Virus record (IMG/VR): IMGVR_UViG_3300022173_000099
Location: 1 to 30,246 of that record
DNA: 30,246 nt
Direction: 5' to 3' (one strand)
Source of the DNA: a virus
Lineage: Duplodnaviria > Caudoviricetes
Both the position numbers and the translations under genes were made by a program. The notes under the pieces were generated by a model, which was given only the letters and a program-made list of their open reading frames with translations, did not search any database and was not told where the DNA came from. Shown one piece after another: positions 26,415 to 30,246 of the stretch (positions are counted from its first letter, which is position 1; each line of letters starts with the position of its first letter).

Positions 26415-27298
26415 ACTTCGCCCCCGCCATCGCGGCCCTGGAGTCCATGCTGGGTTCCAAGGAGCCCTTCGACAAGGCCGCGCTCCCGCTCGCCTACGAT
26501 GCGATCAGGGGTTCCATGTACGAGAACAAGTACCGGGGCGCACACGACGAGTACCCCGACCTGCCGCGCGCGGTCGCCCGCGCGCTCGAACGACTGCAGG
26601 CCATGCCGGATGACCCGAGGCCGCTGGAGTGGGCAGGCGACCTACCGCCGGTCGGCATCGGCTGGGGCACCTACGGCTGGAAGGGAGATGGGCTCTGCCT
26701 GCGCGCGGCGATCGACGGCGGGGCGGTCCTGATCGACACCGCCGCAACCTACGGCTACGGCCGGGTTGAGCGCGCCCTTGGCTCGAACGGAGTCCGCGAG
26801 CGAGGGACGACCTGGTTGGCCACCAAGTTCGCTCGCAACCACGCCCGCCGCGCACCCGTCCTTGCCTCCCTTGGGCGAAGCCTGAACGCCCTCCAGGTGG
26901 AGCGGATCGACCTATTCCAGCTCCACTGGCCGACCCCGGCCGTGGTCCCCTTCGAGGAGACCCTTGGAGCGATGCTCGAAGCCCAGCGGAGCGGGAAGGC
27001 TCGTGCGCTCGGACTCTGCAACGTCTCGGTGGACCAGCTCGACCTCGCGCGCCGGTTCGCGCCCATTGCGGCCGTCCAGGTTCGCCTGAACATGTACGAC
27101 CTCTCGGCGCTCGGACCGCTGATGGACTACTGCGGCCGGAACGACATCCGCCTGATCGCCCACTCACCGTGTGCCCAAGGGGCGACATGGAAGGGGGGCC
27201 GACCGGACTTCACCTGGTTCACCAACCGGGGCTTCATCCCCATCCCGGGGTCCAACGACCCGGAGCACATCCTGGAGAACCTCAATGCGAACGTGTGA
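26411..27298 (+). CDS. Aldo/keto reductase with N-terminal extension
   Basis: TTG start overlapping the previous stop, GGAG upstream. IGWGTY, IDTAATYG, E..LG, LATKF, SL..L....IDLFQLHWP and GKARALGLCN motifs; the D-Y-K-H tetrad is present. Confidence 0.85.
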   Translation: MNFAPAIAALESMLGSKEPFDKAALPLAYDAIRGSMYENKYRGAHDEYPDLPRAVARALERLQAMPDDPRPLEWAGDLPPVGIGWGTYGWKGDGLCLRAAIDGGAVLIDTAATYGYGRVERALGSNGVRERGTTWLATKFARNHARRAPVLASLGRSLNALQVERIDLFQLHWPTPAVVPFEETLGAMLEAQRSGKARALGLCNVSVDQLDLARRFAPIAAVQVRLNMYDLSALGPLMDYCGRNDIRLIAHSPCAQGATWKGGRPDFTWFTNRGFIPIPGSNDPEHILENLNANV

Positions 27299-28157
27299 CC
27301 TCATCGTCGTCGGCGGAGGGTACTGGGGCGCGGCCGTGGCCTTCGAGGCGGGGCTACGCGGCCTCCAGGCGGTCGTCCTCGACGACTCCGACCCGCGCTC
27401 GGGCTCGCGCAACGCCTCGGGGATCCTCCACCCCAAGACCTACTCCAGCCCGCTGTTCAAGAAGTACATGCCGGACGACTGGACGAAGGATGATCTGGCG
27501 GCCTCGTTCGCATGGCTCAAGAAGCACTGTGGCGCGGTCGAGACCGTCGAGCACTTCACCAACTGGACGCGGACCGACCTCGGCGTGCGCAAGCTCCCCG
27601 TCGGCTACTACCTGCCCTCGAACGAGGCCCTGACCGGGCTCGTCATCCCGATCGGCGTCAAGGTCGTGGACATCATCTCGCAGGACGGCGATTGGATCGT
27701 GAACGGCATCATCCGCGCGCCTCGCCTCGTCGTCGCGGCGGGGATCCACACCGACGGAGTGCTGGCCCTCGCGGGCGTCGCGCCGGTCGGCGTCACGGCC
27801 CTCTTCGGGCGCGGGCTCGGAGTTCGCGGGCCGACCCCGTACCCCTCACCCCTTGTCGTCCAGACGCGGCCCTACAGGAAGTTCGAGACGCGGCCTTGGG
27901 GCGACCTCATCCGCGTCGGCGACACCGCCGAGGTCCGGCCGGACGAGGCCAAGTACCGCGCCGAGCTTCGCGCGGTCGCCGACTGGCTCGCCCCCGGGAG
28001 CGAGACGGTCCGCTGGTTCGAGGGCTACCGCCCTGTCTGTGAGAAGTTCACCGTGCGCCTCGTCGCGCCCGGACTCGTCGCCGCAACTGGCGGACATCGG
28101 ATGGGGCTCGGACTCTCCGGCCTCGTCGCAACCAAGACCCTCGGACTCCTACCATGA
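27285..28157 (+). CDS. FAD-dependent oxidoreductase (D-amino acid/glycine oxidase-like)
   Basis: DLIVVGGGYWG Rossmann motif, GSRNASG, VVAAG, EGYRP, ATGGHRMGLGLS. Confidence 0.85.
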   Translation: MRTCDLIVVGGGYWGAAVAFEAGLRGLQAVVLDDSDPRSGSRNASGILHPKTYSSPLFKKYMPDDWTKDDLAASFAWLKKHCGAVETVEHFTNWTRTDLGVRKLPVGYYLPSNEALTGLVIPIGVKVVDIISQDGDWIVNGIIRAPRLVVAAGIHTDGVLALAGVAPVGVTALFGRGLGVRGPTPYPSPLVVQTRPYRKFETRPWGDLIRVGDTAEVRPDEAKYRAELRAVADWLAPGSETVRWFEGYRPVCEKFTVRLVAPGLVAATGGHRMGLGLSGLVATKTLGLLP

Positions 28158-28330
28158 AGCTCGCGCTCGCCTGCATCCTCGGCATCCCCCTCATCCTCGT
28201 CGCCTTGATCGTGGCAGCGGCTTGCTTCGCTGCCTGGATCGCGGTATCCTTGGTCATCGTGGCCCTGGGACTGGTGGCGCTCGTCATCGCCCTTCCGGCC
28301 ATCGCCCTCTTCTCGTGGGCCGTGAAGTAG
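28154..28330 (+). CDS. 58-aa hydrophobic membrane protein (absent from the ORF track)
   Basis: ATGA overlap. MKLALACILGIPLILVALIVAAACFAAWIAVSLVIVALGLVALVIALPAIALFSWAVK-TAG fills the gap before the radical SAM gene. Confidence 0.7.
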   Translation: MKLALACILGIPLILVALIVAAACFAAWIAVSLVIVALGLVALVIALPAIALFSWAVK

Positions 28331-28336
28331 AAGCCA

Positions 28337-29767
28337 ATGGAACAAGACGCAATCAAGCCGGACGGCGAGCAGTGGTGGGAGTCTGAGGAGCACGACGGGG
28401 AGCTGACCCGCGAGAAGTACAAGTGGTACATGCGCCCGGAGCCCAACCCGATCCTCGGGCCGATCGAGACCGAGGAGGATCCGGTCACCGGACGGACGAT
28501 GCGCTGGCGCATGGTCGGCGTCTCGATGATGCGCGGGGCCGAGAAGAAGCCCCTGAAGGTCTACCTCGACCCGATGCCCCACATCAGGATCAAGGACGCG
28601 AAGGAGCTGCAGGGCTGGTACCAGAGCCGCCACTGGCCGGGGATGGAGGACGAGACGGGCTCGAACCTCGCCAAGCGCCCTCGTCCCTGCTACACGGACG
28701 CGATGCTCACGGAGCCCTACGGGGGCTACTGTGCCGTGGGTTGCGCCTTCTGTTACATCAACTCGGGGTTCAAGGGCTACCGGGGCTCGGGTCTGATCAG
28801 CGTACCCATCGGGTACGGCGAACAGATCGCCAAGCAGCTGTCCAAGCTCAAGACCGCCACGGCGGGCTACTTCAGCTCGTTCACCGACCCGTTCCTGCCG
28901 CTGGAGGACTACTACCACAACACGCAGCAGGGCGCGGAGGCGTTCGACCGCGCCGGGCTCCCCGTGTTCTTCCTCTCGCGCCTCCACTACCCCGGCTGGG
29001 CGATGGACCTCCTGACGAGGAACAAGTACAGCTACATGCAGAAGAGCATCAACTGTCCCGACCAGGACAAGTGGAAGAAGCTCTCACCCGGCGCCATCTC
29101 GCTCGTGGACCACTGCGCGGAGATCGCCGAGGCTCGCCGACGGGGCGTGTACGTCTCGATCCAGGTCAACCCGATCGTCCCCGGAGTCGTCTCCCACGAT
29201 GATGTCGTGGCGACGTTCGAGATGCTGGCCAAGGCCGGGGCCAACCACGTCATCGTCAAGTTCGTCGAGGCGGGCTACAACTGGGCTCCCACGATGATCG
29301 AGCGGATCCGCAAGCGCTTCCCCGGCGCGGAGGCGGACGAGTTCGAGCGCCTGTTCACGCAGAACATCGGCGGACAGCGCACGATCGAGGAGGGCTACCG
29401 GATGCAGGGCCACGACCTGTACAAGCGCGCGGCCACGAAGCTCGGGCTGACGTACGCGACCTGTTACGAGTACGAGTACCAGCGCGACGCCACGGGCGAG
29501 ATCGTGAACAAGGTCGGCGTCTCGGTCGGCGCGCGCTACCTCACGGGTGATCAGTGCCACGGGCACCGCGTCCCGATGTTCACCCGAGAGGACCTGGCCG
29601 CTCCGTTCAAGGAGTTCGAGGCCTGCCCGCCGTCCGGCTGCCTGACGTGCGCGAGCCCGACGGACCCGAAGGCGAGCCCCTGTGGCTCCAAGGTGTTCGG
29701 CCTCGCCAAGGCACTCAAGCTCAAGGACTTCCGGGTGTCGATCCGAGAGGACGCGAAGAACCCGTGA
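28337..29767 (+). CDS. Radical SAM enzyme (spore photoproduct lyase-like; probable DNA base isomerase/modifier)
   Basis: EPYGGYCAVGCAFCY (CxxxCxxC at about 28730-28753), SSFTDPF.PLE, IQVNPIVPG and a Cys-rich C-terminus. Lies in the hypermodification cluster. Confidence 0.88.
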   Translation: MEQDAIKPDGEQWWESEEHDGELTREKYKWYMRPEPNPILGPIETEEDPVTGRTMRWRMVGVSMMRGAEKKPLKVYLDPMPHIRIKDAKELQGWYQSRHWPGMEDETGSNLAKRPRPCYTDAMLTEPYGGYCAVGCAFCYINSGFKGYRGSGLISVPIGYGEQIAKQLSKLKTATAGYFSSFTDPFLPLEDYYHNTQQGAEAFDRAGLPVFFLSRLHYPGWAMDLLTRNKYSYMQKSINCPDQDKWKKLSPGAISLVDHCAEIAEARRRGVYVSIQVNPIVPGVVSHDDVVATFEMLAKAGANHVIVKFVEAGYNWAPTMIERIRKRFPGAEADEFERLFTQNIGGQRTIEEGYRMQGHDLYKRAATKLGLTYATCYEYEYQRDATGEIVNKVGVSVGARYLTGDQCHGHRVPMFTREDLAAPFKEFEACPPSGCLTCASPTDPKASPCGSKVFGLAKALKLKDFRVSIREDAKNP

Positions 29768-30183
29768 CCGCCGACTTCGACGCTGGGAACAAGAAGCGCA
29801 AGGTGACCCTCGATGAGTGGCACATCGAGGGCGCGCGCCGGTACGGCCTGAACGTCGTCAAGTGGCGCTTCGTCTGCCCGTCCTGTGGGATGGTCCAGAC
29901 GGGAGAGGACTGGCGCTCCTACGGCACGTCGGTCCGCGACATCGACCGGCGCTTGGGCTTCTCCTGCATCGGGGGTCGCATCAAGGCCGTCTGTCCGACC
30001 GCCGATGTCGTCGAGTACGCCGAACCCAACCGTGGGTTCGGATGCGTGTACGAGGGAGGCGGGATGTTCCGCCTCAACCCGGTCGAGGTCGTGTACGGCG
30101 TGATCGCCGAGACCCAGCAGCCGGGGATCCGTGAGACCTTCGAGTGGGCAGACCCTCTGCCCGAGGAAGCCAAGCCATCATGA
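29764..30183 (+). CDS. Cys-rich putative Zn-binding phage protein (VVA0879-like)
   Basis: GTGA overlap. W..EG.RRYG.....WRFVCPSCG, FSCIG, GCVY..GG.F.LNP. Confidence 0.6.
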   Translation: MTADFDAGNKKRKVTLDEWHIEGARRYGLNVVKWRFVCPSCGMVQTGEDWRSYGTSVRDIDRRLGFSCIGGRIKAVCPTADVVEYAEPNRGFGCVYEGGGMFRLNPVEVVYGVIAETQQPGIRETFEWADPLPEEAKPS

Positions 30184-30246
30184 TCGTGAACGTCCGAGGC
30201 GGAAGCGGAGCGGGGAAGTCCACCGTGATCCGAGCCATCATGGTCT
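30180..30246 (+). CDS. P-loop kinase, probable 5-hydroxymethyluridine DNA kinase (3'-truncated by the window edge)
   Basis: ATGA overlap. MIVNVRGGSGAGKSTVIRAIM has an N-terminal Walker A in the I.N.RG..G.GKST form. The neighbourhood supports the call, but only 22 codons are visible. Confidence 0.6.
   Translation, partial: MIVNVRGGSGAGKSTVIRAIMV

Noticed and set aside
1-30246. CRISPR array, integrase, transposase, intron or intein, DGR
   Set aside because: No regularly spaced repeats, recombinase or RT motifs seen, and the RNR and helicase genes have uninterrupted lengths.

Overview
This is a 30-kb fragment of a high-GC tailed dsDNA phage with a long non-contractile tail and a gene content resembling YuA/M6-like siphoviruses. 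All credible genes are on the + strand. Bases 1-17.6 kb are the virion module: scaffold-like protein, capsid cement, major capsid, neck/tail-completion proteins, tail tube, tail chaperone with a -1 frameshift, tape measure, minor tail proteins and tail tip. It ends with a sulfotransferase-like P-loop gene and a small membrane protein. Bases 17.6-18.1 kb are non-coding, with convergent hexamer repeats (candidate origin). Bases 18.1-24.6 kb hold replication and nucleotide genes: SNF2-type helicase, SSB-like protein, Dda/RecD-like helicase and class II ribonucleotide reductase. From 24.6 kb to the end is a translationally coupled operon that looks like a thymidine (5-hmdU) hypermodification cluster. 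It has an amino acid:DNA transferase (aGPT-Pplase2-like), a radical SAM enzyme and the start of a P-loop 5-hmU DNA kinase. It also has an unusual tailoring set: cupin, aldo/keto reductase and FAD-dependent amino-acid oxidase. This combination suggests a hypermodified base different from the characterised ones. All family assignments come from motif recognition by eye; no searches were run.
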